From: Escherichia phage vB_EcoM_SA35RD
Length of the DNA: 64,000 bases
Sequence record: OL960577.1
Reading direction: 5' to 3' (one strand)
Shown here one piece after another: positions 28,142 through 39,051 of the stretch. The notes beneath the pieces were generated by a model. It had not been told where the DNA came from, did not search any database, and was given only the letters and a program-made list of their open reading frames with translations. The position numbers and the translations under genes were made by a program. Every line of letters starts with the position of its first letter. Position 1 is the first letter of the stretch.

Positions 28142-28712
28142 AAAAGTTTCGGATTTGTTCCCAATTCAGAGAACGAAGATTATTACGAGAGTACTGAATT
28201 ACTTCAATACCGGCTTGTTTTAGAATGTCTGCCCAATTTTCAGGAGATCTGTCATATAATTCTGCGTATACAACCTTTTTAATACCTGACTGCGTAATAG
28301 CTTTAGTGCAATCAGGACATGGAGAAAGCGTCGTATATAACGTAGCACCTTCAATAGAATTACCTTTACGAGCTGCAAACAAAATTGCATTCAGTTCCGC
28401 ATGGATTTCGTTATTGGCAGACCATGCACTATGAGCGGCCCGATGTTCTTTAGCCAAAACAAAATTATCTACCCGTCCAAATGCTGTAGTGCCTTCTTTA
28501 TGTCCAGCAACGATGACTGGGATTGGTTTATTCTTCAACCAACCATTTTCAGATGCATGTTCGCAACAGTTAACGCCACCTGAAGGAGAGCCATTATAAC
28601 CTGTAGAAATAATGCGTCCATCTTTTTCAATGACGGCGCCAACTTTCCATGAACAACATTTTGATTCTTGAGAAATCAGATATGCAATCTGAAGGTATGT
28701 GCTAGCTTTCAT
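28131..28712 (-). CDS. cd: dCMP deaminase
   Basis: 193 aa; zinc-binding motifs HAELNAI and SPCPDC; same size as T4 Cd. Confidence 0.95.
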   Translation of the reverse strand: MKASTYLQIAYLISQESKCCSWKVGAVIEKDGRIISTGYNGSPSGGVNCCEHASENGWLKNKPIPVIVAGHKEGTTAFGRVDNFVLAKEHRAAHSAWSANNEIHAELNAILFAARKGNSIEGATLYTTLSPCPDCTKAITQSGIKKVVYAELYDRSPENWADILKQAGIEVIQYSRNNLRSLNWEQIRNFCGE

Positions 28713-29704
28713 TATTGAACCTTATTAATATAAGTTAACAGCTCTTTAGTTTGTTCCCAACTGATGCACGCATCGGTAACGGAAACGCCATAGGACATAT
28801 TATCAGAAATTTTTTGATTTCCTTCATGTAGGAATGATTCTATCATAATTCCTTTGACCAAATCATTAGCTGCTAAATTTTTACCAATACCAATTTGATT
28901 GCTATAATGCCCATCAGCGTTTGCATGGCTACAATCGACCATTACATAATGATTCAGACCTACTGCCCTTGCTTTGTTAGAAGCTTCTTGAATATCAGAA
29001 GAATGATAGTTCGGGCCGTTGGTCCCGCCACGCAATACGATATGCGTATTCTGATTACCTTCAGCTTCAACAATGCCTACAGTACCATCGACGTCCATAC
29101 CCATATACCGATGAGGCCAGGCGGCACTATACATCGCGTCTGTAGCTACTTTAATAGAACCATTGGTTGCGTTCTTGAAGCCTACGCACATCGGTAGACC
29201 TGAAGCAATTTCACGATGTGTCTGACTTTCAGTCGTACGGGCGCCAATAGCAACCCATGAGAAAATACCAGAAAGATACTTAATCGTGAATGGGTCTAAT
29301 ACTTCAGTTGCTAATGGAAGTCCCATACGTAGAAGTTTACGACACAATGTTCGTGCAACTATAAGACCGTGGTTCATATCAAAACTTCCGTCAAGATACG
29401 GATCATTTACAAGACCTTTCCAACCTACGGTAGTTCGAGGCTTTTCAAAATAAACGCGCATCACTAACAGAACATTAGGAAGACGAGTTTGAAGTTCAGC
29501 CAGACGTTTGCCGTATTCAACAGCAGCAATAGGGTCATGAATTGAACAAGGACCTACAACAATAAGTTTGCGTGGGTCTTCACCGTTCATAATCGAATTA
29601 ACTTGTTCGCGATGAGAAGCCACTTGTGATGCGTAAGCTTCCGACAAAGGAATAATCTCAGCTAGTTCTTTTGGAGAAATAAGTTTTCCGACGACAGGTA
29701 ACAT
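28712..29704 (-). CDS. 3-deoxy-D-arabino-heptulosonate 7-phosphate (DAHP) synthase, class I (AroG/AroF/AroH-like)
   Basis: 330 aa; GPCSIHDP, KPRTTVGWKGL, GARTTESQ, HIVLRGG, ESFLHEGNQ, VTDACISW align with E. coli AroG metal/PEP-binding motifs; stop overlaps cd start (TAATG). Confidence 0.9.
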   Translation of the reverse strand: MLPVVGKLISPKELAEIIPLSEAYASQVASHREQVNSIMNGEDPRKLIVVGPCSIHDPIAAVEYGKRLAELQTRLPNVLLVMRVYFEKPRTTVGWKGLVNDPYLDGSFDMNHGLIVARTLCRKLLRMGLPLATEVLDPFTIKYLSGIFSWVAIGARTTESQTHREIASGLPMCVGFKNATNGSIKVATDAMYSAAWPHRYMGMDVDGTVGIVEAEGNQNTHIVLRGGTNGPNYHSSDIQEASNKARAVGLNHYVMVDCSHANADGHYSNQIGIGKNLAANDLVKGIMIESFLHEGNQKISDNMSYGVSVTDACISWEQTKELLTYINKVQ

Positions 29705-29824
29705 AACAATCCTTAGGAGATATAAACAGATTCTGATTCAACAATACCTTTAACCGGATTAGACAGGCTAAGTTGGTAGTGCTCAGATTTATGACCATTC
29801 TCGATAGTAATGAGATAGCTCTCA

Positions 29825-30061
29825 TTATAGTGTTCCATATACTCGAGTTGCTTCAACAAGACCATCACTGCCTAATTTAAGATTAGTAATTTGGTCGCCA
29901 TCTTTAGGATTAACAATTATGAGAAAAGAACGTGGAGATTCTTGAATAACTCGTAATGTTGCATCCTTGAAACGTTCAGACACTTTATTTATGAGTGCTT
30001 GAGCAAATTCTTTTACTTTAATCTGAAATTCGTGCACTGTAATTGGGTTTTCACTTAGCAT
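29825..30061 (-). CDS. Hypothetical protein (78 aa)
   Basis: ORF with early promoter and SD (GAGGAAAACAGA-ATG). Confidence 0.6.
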   Translation of the reverse strand: MLSENPITVHEFQIKVKEFAQALINKVSERFKDATLRVIQESPRSFLIIVNPKDGDQITNLKLGSDGLVEATRVYGTL

Positions 30062-30090
30062 TCTGTTTTCCTCATTGTGTTGGTAGAGTT

Positions 30091-30120
30091 ATAGTATCAC
30101 AACTCTACCATGTTGTAAAC
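30091..30120 (-). promoter_or_regulatory. T4-type early promoter with 9-bp dyad flanking -10
   Basis: GTTTAC, 18 nt, TACTAT; perfect inverted repeat GGTAGAGTT / AACTCTACC around the -10. Confidence 0.55.
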
Positions 30121-30122
30121 CA

Positions 30123-30398
30123 TTAAATTGCTTTGCATTCAATTTTTTGTGTACCGAAATTGATATCGCATTGGATAACTAAATCGCCGTCAAGATCAAA
30201 TACCACTATGACGTGTGCAGACCCAGGGAGAAGAGTAATAGCAATAGAATCTACTTGGTCTGGGAGCAAAGCATTGAGTACATGAGTTAGTTGAGCATGA
30301 ACTCTGAGTTCGGCTGCATTATCAAGCACTTCAAACATATTATTAGCAATAATCTGACTGAAGACTACCTTTACAATTTCAGAATAAGTTGGGAACAT
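30123..30398 (-). CDS. Hypothetical protein (91 aa)
   Basis: ORF in cd-pseT intergenic cluster. Confidence 0.55.
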   Translation of the reverse strand: MFPTYSEIVKVVFSQIIANNMFEVLDNAAELRVHAQLTHVLNALLPDQVDSIAITLLPGSAHVIVVFDLDGDLVIQCDINFGTQKIECKAI

Positions 30399-30405
30399 AA
30401 TTACC

Positions 30406-30630
30406 TCAGTGTACAGTATTTACTTTAACTCGAACAACAAATCGCTCGGTCGGTTCACCTACAGGAACAAACTCTACATGATATTCACCTTTGTAACGAG
30501 TATTCAGATCATTACGAATTCCTGCGAGTTTGTTGATTAATGTAGGACTCATATTAAGTCCCACTAGTTTACGAAGCATTTTGTATGCTTCATCTTCGAT
30601 TTCATGATGTTTATCGTACATAGTTTTCAT
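30406..30630 (-). CDS. Hypothetical protein (74 aa)
   Basis: ORF in cd-pseT intergenic cluster. Confidence 0.55.
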   Translation of the reverse strand: MKTMYDKHHEIEDEAYKMLRKLVGLNMSPTLINKLAGIRNDLNTRYKGEYHVEFVPVGEPTERFVVRVKVNTVH

Positions 30631-30801
30631 TTAACCATTCAATTGCCTGGTCGACGTTATCAAATATACCGCCGTCCAACCATTCTTCATGTTCATAGTC
30701 CAGCACATCAATACCGAACCGTCCATTTACTAAAGGCCATACTACAAACAAATATTCTTTATGCTGTTCGATGGCCTCAATCACTTCATATAATCGTTTC
30801 A

Positions 30802-30802
<1 letters not shown>
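30611..30802 (-). CDS. Hypothetical protein (63 aa)
   Basis: ORF with 1-nt overlap to pseT stop. Confidence 0.5.
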
Positions 30803-31888
<1,086 letters not shown>

Positions 31889-31889
<1 letters not shown>

Positions 31890-32188
31890 TATTTTATTCC
31901 TAAGAAAATTTCAAGAATACGAATGTTATGCTCGCGCCGGTCTTTATTAATTTCAGCAACGTTTTTATTAATTGACGTACTTCTAACGTTTGAAGAAATA
32001 AATTTAATCATATGACTTTTGAGTTGTTGCAAATCCAACCCTTTTTCTTTAGCAGCTTTACGAAGAGCTTTACCTGCTTCATCTAGTGCCTTTGCTGCAT
32101 CTTTGTCATAATAGCCAAGTGACATTCCACGACAGATATCAATATACTCATCAGACCGTTTGATGTAATTCTCTAGTAATGTTTTCAT
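31889..32188 (-). CDS. Hypothetical protein (99 aa)
   Basis: ORF with early promoter and SD (GAGGAAATCTAA-ATG). Confidence 0.6.
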
Positions 32189-32215
32189 TTAGATTTCCTC
32201 AATTATCCATAGGAG

Positions 32216-32245
32216 CATTATACTCTGCTCCTGAGAGTTTGTAAA
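32216..32245 (-). promoter_or_regulatory. T4-type early promoter with dyad AGGAGC/GCTCCT flanking -10
   Basis: GTTTAC, 18 nt, TATAAT; near-identical to the ndd promoter except for compensatory arm changes. Confidence 0.55.
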
Positions 32246-32470
32246 CTATTTTACTAAAGATTCAATATACTCGTGAAGAGCTTTAGTCGCTACTGCCCAC
32301 TTATTCTGATATTCATTTTTCAGATTAGCACGAGACTGAACTAACAATCGGTCATTAGTCGGAGGCAAAGATTCTAATCGTTGAATCTGGCGCCCATAAA
32401 TCATAGCCGCCATTTCAGATTCATAGATAAGCCCTTTAATGTGTTCATGCTGTTCTTTAGTCATTGGCAT
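32246..32470 (-). CDS. Hypothetical protein (74 aa)
   Basis: ORF; start overlaps the upstream lipoprotein gene stop. Confidence 0.55.
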   Translation of the reverse strand: MPMTKEQHEHIKGLIYESEMAAMIYGRQIQRLESLPPTNDRLLVQSRANLKNEYQNKWAVATKALHEYIESLVK

Positions 32471-32751
32471 TTTTCCTCTTTTAAACCACTACGATAATAA
32501 CATAACATAGTCTTCTGGTCATGTACATATCTTTTTACGTCGTTTAACCAGATACGAAATTCTTGAGAGTCTTCAAATGGCATTCCAACCCACGGATTAC
32601 CATCAATAACCTTTACTTGCCATTTCTGGTTGTATTCAACAATAGATTCAGGCCATGGTGGATGTAAAGTTTCTTTAGGGCTTAAGGGCACATCCTGGGC
32701 ACATCCGGCCAAAATGCCAATAGATAATACAACTGCGGTTAATTTAATCAT
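32461..32751 (-). CDS. Predicted secreted lipoprotein (96 aa)
   Basis: N-terminus MIKLTAVVLSIGILAGC: hydrophobic signal peptide plus lipobox L-A-G-C; two further Cys near the C-terminus. Confidence 0.6.
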   Translation of the reverse strand: MIKLTAVVLSIGILAGCAQDVPLSPKETLHPPWPESIVEYNQKWQVKVIDGNPWVGMPFEDSQEFRIWLNDVKRYVHDQKTMLCYYRSGLKEEKCQ

Positions 32752-33104
32752 TCTGAGAGCTTCCTGAGGTCTTCTGCAAAGGAATCGAAGGACTTGTTGA
32801 TTTGTTTTTCGACCAATCCTGGTTTACTTGCCACCACGTTCTTCTTCTTCGAATCCTTACGGAGCTTTTCATTTTCAGCCTTAAGTTGGTCAACTAAAAC
32901 ACGATTCTTATAAGTCATTTCTTCGATTGATTGATATTGAGCTTTGAAGTCGTCTAATACTTTAGCATTGTTTTTAGCAGTCTCTTTAACAGAAGCTAAT
33001 TCAGTATTCAATGAATCAACTTTGTTGTTTAAGACCACTATTGTTATCGTAGAAACTAGAGCAAAAGCTGCTACTATAGCATAAATCGGATTTACTTTAA
33101 GCAT
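32748..33104 (-). CDS. Predicted membrane-anchored coiled-coil protein (118 aa)
   Basis: N-terminal TM helix (IYAIVAAFALVSTITIVVL) followed by charged heptad-like region. Confidence 0.6.
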   Translation of the reverse strand: MLKVNPIYAIVAAFALVSTITIVVLNNKVDSLNTELASVKETAKNNAKVLDDFKAQYQSIEEMTYKNRVLVDQLKAENEKLRKDSKKKNVVASKPGLVEKQINKSFDSFAEDLRKLSE

Positions 33105-33592
33105 GTTTTAATAATCTCAATGATTTCATCTCGGGATAAACCATTAATAAGAACGGTTTTCAAACCATCACACTGGATTTTGTACGATTCAAACAATACA
33201 CACAACTCTTCTGCTGTATGATATGGACTTGAAATTCCGAGGCGGTTGAATTTGTCTGTAAGAGGGTCGCAAATAATGTAGAATTTTATACCTGCGATAT
33301 GTACGTTTGGTTGACTAATATTAACGAAAACATTAGCGTCATATTTAGTCAAATTGTTTTGAAGAAATTCTACCATAGCATTAACTGCTTCCGGCATCGC
33401 TTCACGTTTCTCTTCGGTGTAACGTGTTGAATATTCCTTTTGCTTTAACTTCTTTTTAGCATTTTTCGCTAGAGTAGTACGAAGGTCTGTAAGATAACCA
33501 ACTGCACGGCCTTTCTTAAAGACCCGGATTCCATCTGTAGAATCACCAAATGCTGCCACAACCATATCGTTAGTAATCAATTGCATATTCAT
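33092..33592 (-). CDS. alc: Alc-like protein (host transcription unfolding/termination factor)
   Basis: 166 aa from Met with SD GAGGAG (T4 Alc 167 aa); position upstream of rnlA; the longer ORF start would overlap the promoter -10. Confidence 0.6.
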   Translation of the reverse strand: MNMQLITNDMVVAAFGDSTDGIRVFKKGRAVGYLTDLRTTLAKNAKKKLKQKEYSTRYTEEKREAMPEAVNAMVEFLQNNLTKYDANVFVNISQPNVHIAGIKFYIICDPLTDKFNRLGISSPYHTAEELCVLFESYKIQCDGLKTVLINGLSRDEIIEIIKTCLK

Positions 33593-33621
33593 AATTTTCT
33601 CCTCGTGTTGTTGATAAAGCC

Positions 33622-33651
33622 ATAGTAACACCATCCTTGGTGTTTGTAAAC
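33622..33651 (-). promoter_or_regulatory. T4-type early promoter
   Basis: GTTTAC, 18 nt, TACTAT; spacer contains palindrome ACACCA-AGGA-TGGTGT. Confidence 0.55.
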
Positions 33652-33653
33652 CA

Positions 33654-34787
<1,134 letters not shown>

Positions 34788-34804
34788 TCAGTTAGTTTTT
34801 TTAA

Positions 34805-34834
34805 ATTGTACCACAATCCTTGTGGTGTGTAAAC
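34805..34834 (-). promoter_or_regulatory. T4-type early promoter for rnlA
   Basis: GTTTAC, 18 nt, TACAAT; spacer palindrome CCACAA-GGA-TTGTGG. Confidence 0.55.
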
Positions 34835-35244
34835 TACTTTTTCTTATGTTGGATATTCCAAGGCGGGTTGAACTTTTTGATAAAAAGCGGTTCTTCAAGG
34901 TCCATTGTTGCGATGGTCATTGAACCAAGTTCGTTGGTGACTGAAAGGTCAAAACATTGGCGGGCCCAGAATTCAACCTTTTTGCCTTGCATTAAGGCAT
35001 CCAAAATCATAAGTGATTTTCTTGAATCTGAAGTCTGGTCTTTTCGATTTATGGCTGTTCGATAATAGTTAATGCGTTTCTTTAAATTCTTGGTTTTACC
35101 AATATACACAAGTTCGTCATCTATAGCAATAGCGTATATGACATTTTTCTTATTAGGGACATCAACTGTTTTAATTGTTGCATCTTCTAATAGCTCCAAT
35201 TCTGTATATTTAATAAAGGAATATTCAGCGGCGATATCTTTCAT
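34834..35244 (-). CDS. denA: Endonuclease II (GIY-YIG fold)
   Basis: 136 aa (as T4 EndoII); VIYAIAIDDELVYIGKTKNLKKRINYYR GIY-YIG-like core; C-terminus FNPPWNIQHKKK. Confidence 0.9.
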   Translation of the reverse strand: MKDIAAEYSFIKYTELELLEDATIKTVDVPNKKNVIYAIAIDDELVYIGKTKNLKKRINYYRTAINRKDQTSDSRKSLMILDALMQGKKVEFWARQCFDLSVTNELGSMTIATMDLEEPLFIKKFNPPWNIQHKKK

Positions 35245-35252
35245 AATAAAGT

Positions 35253-35266
35253 GGGACCGAAGTCCC
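35253..35266 (-). other. GC-rich tetraloop hairpin between nrdB and denA
   Basis: gggacCGAAgtccc (UUCG loop on minus transcript). Confidence 0.4.
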
Positions 35267-35270
35267 GTCC

Positions 35271-36449
35271 TTAGAAATATTTTTTGTATGAATTGATTAC
35301 ATTTTGGTCTACATCATTATCAATTTGTGCGACAAGATAAGAACTGATTTCAACTTCCTGAGGAGCTGCTTGAACTAAATCAGAGTTCAGATATTCACGA
35401 ATCCAAGGATACGGATGCTTGGTCGGAGCATCAGTGATTGGACACGGCAAACCACACTGTTTCATACGAGACACAGTCAAGTAATCAACAAAAGCACACA
35501 TACTCTGCGTATTGATACCTGGACATGTACCGTCTTTAAAGAGGTGTGCAGCCCATTCCTTCTCTTGTCTATTTACTTCCATAAAAATATCAACTGCTTC
35601 TTGTTCACATTCTTTAGCAATTTGAACCCACTCATCACCATCAGTACCAGATTGAAGTTGACGGATAATGTACTGAGTACCCTTGAGGTGGAGTTGTTCG
35701 TCACGAGCAATGAACTTCATAATCTTTGCATTACCTTCCATAATTTCCATATTTTTATGGAAGTTGAAAGTACATGCAAATGATACGTAAAAACGAATAG
35801 CTTCTAAGGCGTTGATAACATGCAAACAGAGATAAAGAGACTTCATTAATGCACGTTTACATTCTTCCACATGCATAAGACTATTTGAATATGCATCCAA
35901 ATCATATTCATTTTCGGAAAAACATTTAAAAATTTCTTTAGCATTTTCCCATTCACGTGTTTTAACTAGAACATCATCATAATATTTGCCGATTGATTCC
36001 GCACGTTTCATAATTGCTTCATCTAATACAATCTCATCAAATACCTTCGATGGATCAGTATAAAGATTTCGCATGATATGAGTATATGAACGAGAGTGAA
36101 TGGTTTCACTGAATGTCCATGTAGCAACCCATGTATCTAATGAAGGGTCGGAAAGCAATGCCATAAGTACCGCAGATGGTGCCCTGCCTTGGATAGAATC
36201 CAATAATGATTGATACTTAAGGTTGTTCGTAAAGATGTTCTGTTGGAACTGTGGAAGCTTATTGAACTGCGCAGAGTCCAACATCAAGTTTACCTCTTCA
36301 GGGCGCCAAAAAAACGACAATTGCTTTTCAATAAGCTCTTCAAAAACTTTATGGCGTTGAATATCGTAACGCGCAAGGCCAAGACCGGAACCAAAGAACA
36401 TTGGTTCATTCAAAACATCAACTTTTTGGGTATTAAAAACTGTACTCAT
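35271..36449 (-). CDS. nrdB: Ribonucleotide reductase class Ia small subunit
   Basis: 392 aa continuous ORF (no intron); di-iron ligand context (…EAIRFYVSFACTF…, …ARDEQLHLKGTQYI…). Confidence 0.95.
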   Translation of the reverse strand: MSTVFNTQKVDVLNEPMFFGSGLGLARYDIQRHKVFEELIEKQLSFFWRPEEVNLMLDSAQFNKLPQFQQNIFTNNLKYQSLLDSIQGRAPSAVLMALLSDPSLDTWVATWTFSETIHSRSYTHIMRNLYTDPSKVFDEIVLDEAIMKRAESIGKYYDDVLVKTREWENAKEIFKCFSENEYDLDAYSNSLMHVEECKRALMKSLYLCLHVINALEAIRFYVSFACTFNFHKNMEIMEGNAKIMKFIARDEQLHLKGTQYIIRQLQSGTDGDEWVQIAKECEQEAVDIFMEVNRQEKEWAAHLFKDGTCPGINTQSMCAFVDYLTVSRMKQCGLPCPITDAPTKHPYPWIREYLNSDLVQAAPQEVEISSYLVAQIDNDVDQNVINSYKKYF

Positions 36450-36499
36450 TATATTCTCTCAATAGTGACTCATCCATGAGTCAATTATAAACAAAATTC

Positions 36500-38755
36500 T
36501 TAAAGCTTACAAGCGGAGCAATCTTCAGCTTTAGGTGTTTCTAATTCATAGTCATCTGTACCAGAACCATCTCGAGTGTTATGATAGTAAAGGTTCTTAC
36601 CACCAAAGTACCAGAAGTAAAGCAAGTCATCAAGCATTACAGACATTGGCACTTTGCCTTTCTCAAAGACTGAAGGGTCGTAGTATGTATTAGCAGAAGC
36701 AGATTGGCACACCCATTTTAACATGATAACAACTTGTGTCAGATAAGGCTTATTACCTTTCTTAGCGAGTTTCCACGCATAGTCATAAAGACCCATGTTG
36801 TGTTCAATATTAGGAACTACTTGACGGAAATTACCTTCTTTAGATTCTTTAATACTTACCGGGCCACGAGGTGGTTCAATACCATTTGTGCTATTTGAGA
36901 CCTGGCTGCTTGATTCGCATGGCATGAGAGCACTGAGTGTACTGTTACGAATCCCGTGTTCTTTAAGTTCGGCTCGTAGTTCTTCCCAATCACATACATA
37001 GTTTGGGGCTGCGATTTGGTCAATCTTTTTATTGTACCAGTCGATAGGTAATTCGCCTCGAGACCATTTAGTGTCTGAATAATACTCGCAACGTCCTTTT
37101 TCTTTGGCGAGTTTGATTGATGCTTTGATAAGGCCATATTGCAATCTCTCAAACAATTCATGAGTCAAATCGTTAGCGTCTTCATATGAAGCGAAGTTAG
37201 AAGCTAACCATGCAGCATAGTTCGTAACACCAACACCAAGATTACGACGCTTTTTGGCTTTTAAAGCTTCTGGAACCGGATAATCTTGATAGTCTAACAG
37301 GTTATCAAGTGCACGTACTTGTACTTCGGCAAGTTCATTAATTTTATCTTGGTCTTGCCAATCAAATTTATCTAACACGAATGCAGATAATGTGCATAAA
37401 CCAATTTCAGCATCAGGACCATTCACATCATTAGTTGGAATAGCGATTTCACAACATAAGTTACTCTGACGAATTGGAGCTTTTTCACGAATAAATGGAG
37501 TGTAGTTATTCGTGTTATCAACAAACTGTGGATAAATTCGAGCAGTGCCAGAACGTTCAGTCATGAACAATTCAAAGAGTTCTAGTGCTTTGATTCTTTT
37601 CTTTCTGATTGTTGGGTCTTTTTCAGCTTTCTCATAAAGCTCACGGAATTTATCTTGATCTTCAAAGAACGAGTAGTATAGTTCGCCTGACATTTCGTGA
37701 GGGCTAAATAAAGTAATATAATCATTTTTACCAAGGCGTTCCATCATAAGGTCATTAATCTGAATTCCGTAGTCCATATGTCGAATACGGTTTTCATCCA
37801 CGCCTTTGTTATTTTTCAGAACTAATAGGTTCTCTACTTCTAAGTGCCACATCGGATAATACGCTGTAGCAGCACCACCACGAATACCACCTTGAGAACA
37901 AGATTTTACTGCAGTTTGGAAATGTTTCCAGAATGGAATAACACCCGTATGTCGAACTTCACCCACACCGATCTTAGAACCTTCTGCACGAAGCATACCA
38001 ACGTTGATACCGATACCAGCTCGTTTAGAAATATATTCAATAATTGATGCTGAAGTTTTGTTAATAGATTTTAACGAATCACCAGCTTCAATAACTACAC
38101 AACTAGAGAACTGGCGAGTTGGAGTACGAGCACCTGCCATAATTGGGGTTGGCAATGAAACTTGATGAGTAGAAACGGCATCATAAAAACGAATAATATG
38201 TTTCAAACGGTCATGAGTTTCGTCTTGGTGTAAGGCCATGCCAATAGCCATGATAGCAAACTGGGGAGTTTCATAAATCTTCCCAGTTGTTTTATCTTTA
38301 ACTAGATATTTTTCTTTAAGCTGCATAGCACCAGCATAAGTCAGGTCAAAGTCTCGTTCATGTTTAATCTGTGAATCGAGATAAATGATTTCTTCTGCTG
38401 AATATTGAGACAACAGCTCAGGGTCATATTTGCCTTCATTAACACAATAAGAAATATGGTCGATAAAAGCAGGCGGTTCAAACTGCCCATATACATCTTT
38501 ACGAAGTGCAAACATTAGCCCTTTGGCGGCGACATACTGATAATCAGGTTCTTCGACAGAAATCGAGTTAGCTGCAACTTTAATACAAATCTTCTGGATA
38601 TCTTTGGTGCTCATCCCGTCAACAAGATGGGTCTTAATTTCTTCGTACAATTCATATGGGTCAATTTGTGTTCCTTCACATTGCCAGGTCAGAACTTGGA
38701 TAATTTTCTGTGCATCAAAATTTTGGGATACGCCACTGCTCTTAGTTACTTGCAT
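36500..38755 (-). CDS. nrdA: Ribonucleotide reductase class Ia large subunit
   Basis: 751 aa; ATP-cone N-terminus, catalytic NLCCEI / C-terminal Cys pair (CSACKL). Confidence 0.95.
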   Translation of the reverse strand: MQVTKSSGVSQNFDAQKIIQVLTWQCEGTQIDPYELYEEIKTHLVDGMSTKDIQKICIKVAANSISVEEPDYQYVAAKGLMFALRKDVYGQFEPPAFIDHISYCVNEGKYDPELLSQYSAEEIIYLDSQIKHERDFDLTYAGAMQLKEKYLVKDKTTGKIYETPQFAIMAIGMALHQDETHDRLKHIIRFYDAVSTHQVSLPTPIMAGARTPTRQFSSCVVIEAGDSLKSINKTSASIIEYISKRAGIGINVGMLRAEGSKIGVGEVRHTGVIPFWKHFQTAVKSCSQGGIRGGAATAYYPMWHLEVENLLVLKNNKGVDENRIRHMDYGIQINDLMMERLGKNDYITLFSPHEMSGELYYSFFEDQDKFRELYEKAEKDPTIRKKRIKALELFELFMTERSGTARIYPQFVDNTNNYTPFIREKAPIRQSNLCCEIAIPTNDVNGPDAEIGLCTLSAFVLDKFDWQDQDKINELAEVQVRALDNLLDYQDYPVPEALKAKKRRNLGVGVTNYAAWLASNFASYEDANDLTHELFERLQYGLIKASIKLAKEKGRCEYYSDTKWSRGELPIDWYNKKIDQIAAPNYVCDWEELRAELKEHGIRNSTLSALMPCESSSQVSNSTNGIEPPRGPVSIKESKEGNFRQVVPNIEHNMGLYDYAWKLAKKGNKPYLTQVVIMLKWVCQSASANTYYDPSVFEKGKVPMSVMLDDLLYFWYFGGKNLYYHNTRDGSGTDDYELETPKAEDCSACKL

Positions 38756-39051
38756 ATGTCCTCTATATTAAATTCGTCTTTAAAAAGTTTATTAACCACT
38801 AGAGCTATTATATCACCATGACAGGCTTTTGGTTTACATGTGCATCCCAGACGCATACCACGTAAAGGTTCTAGATGAGCTTTTGTGATTTCTCCACACT
38901 TAATTCTCTTAATAAAATCCTTTTTGAAAAGCTCAATAGCTTCTTCTCGGGAAGAGGCATCCTTGCCTACATAATTTCCCCAGAATGTGCCACGATGAAT
39001 ATTAACATCAAAATCGGATTTATATTTATTCACAACGCGGCACATTTTCAT
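38746..39051 (-). CDS. Hypothetical protein (101 aa), possibly DUF4326-like
   Basis: Cys/His pattern (…GCTCKPKACHGD…); position as T4 nrdA.1; family call is tentative. Confidence 0.5.
   Translation of the reverse strand: MKMCRVVNKYKSDFDVNIHRGTFWGNYVGKDASSREEAIELFKKDFIKRIKCGEITKAHLEPLRGMRLGCTCKPKACHGDIIALVVNKLFKDEFNIEDICK

Noticed and set aside
28712-29704. Possibility that the DAHP synthase gene is host contamination or assembly chimera
   Set aside because: Composition and codon usage match the flanking phage genes, the stop overlaps the cd start codon, and phage-type promoter and terminator elements flank the operon.
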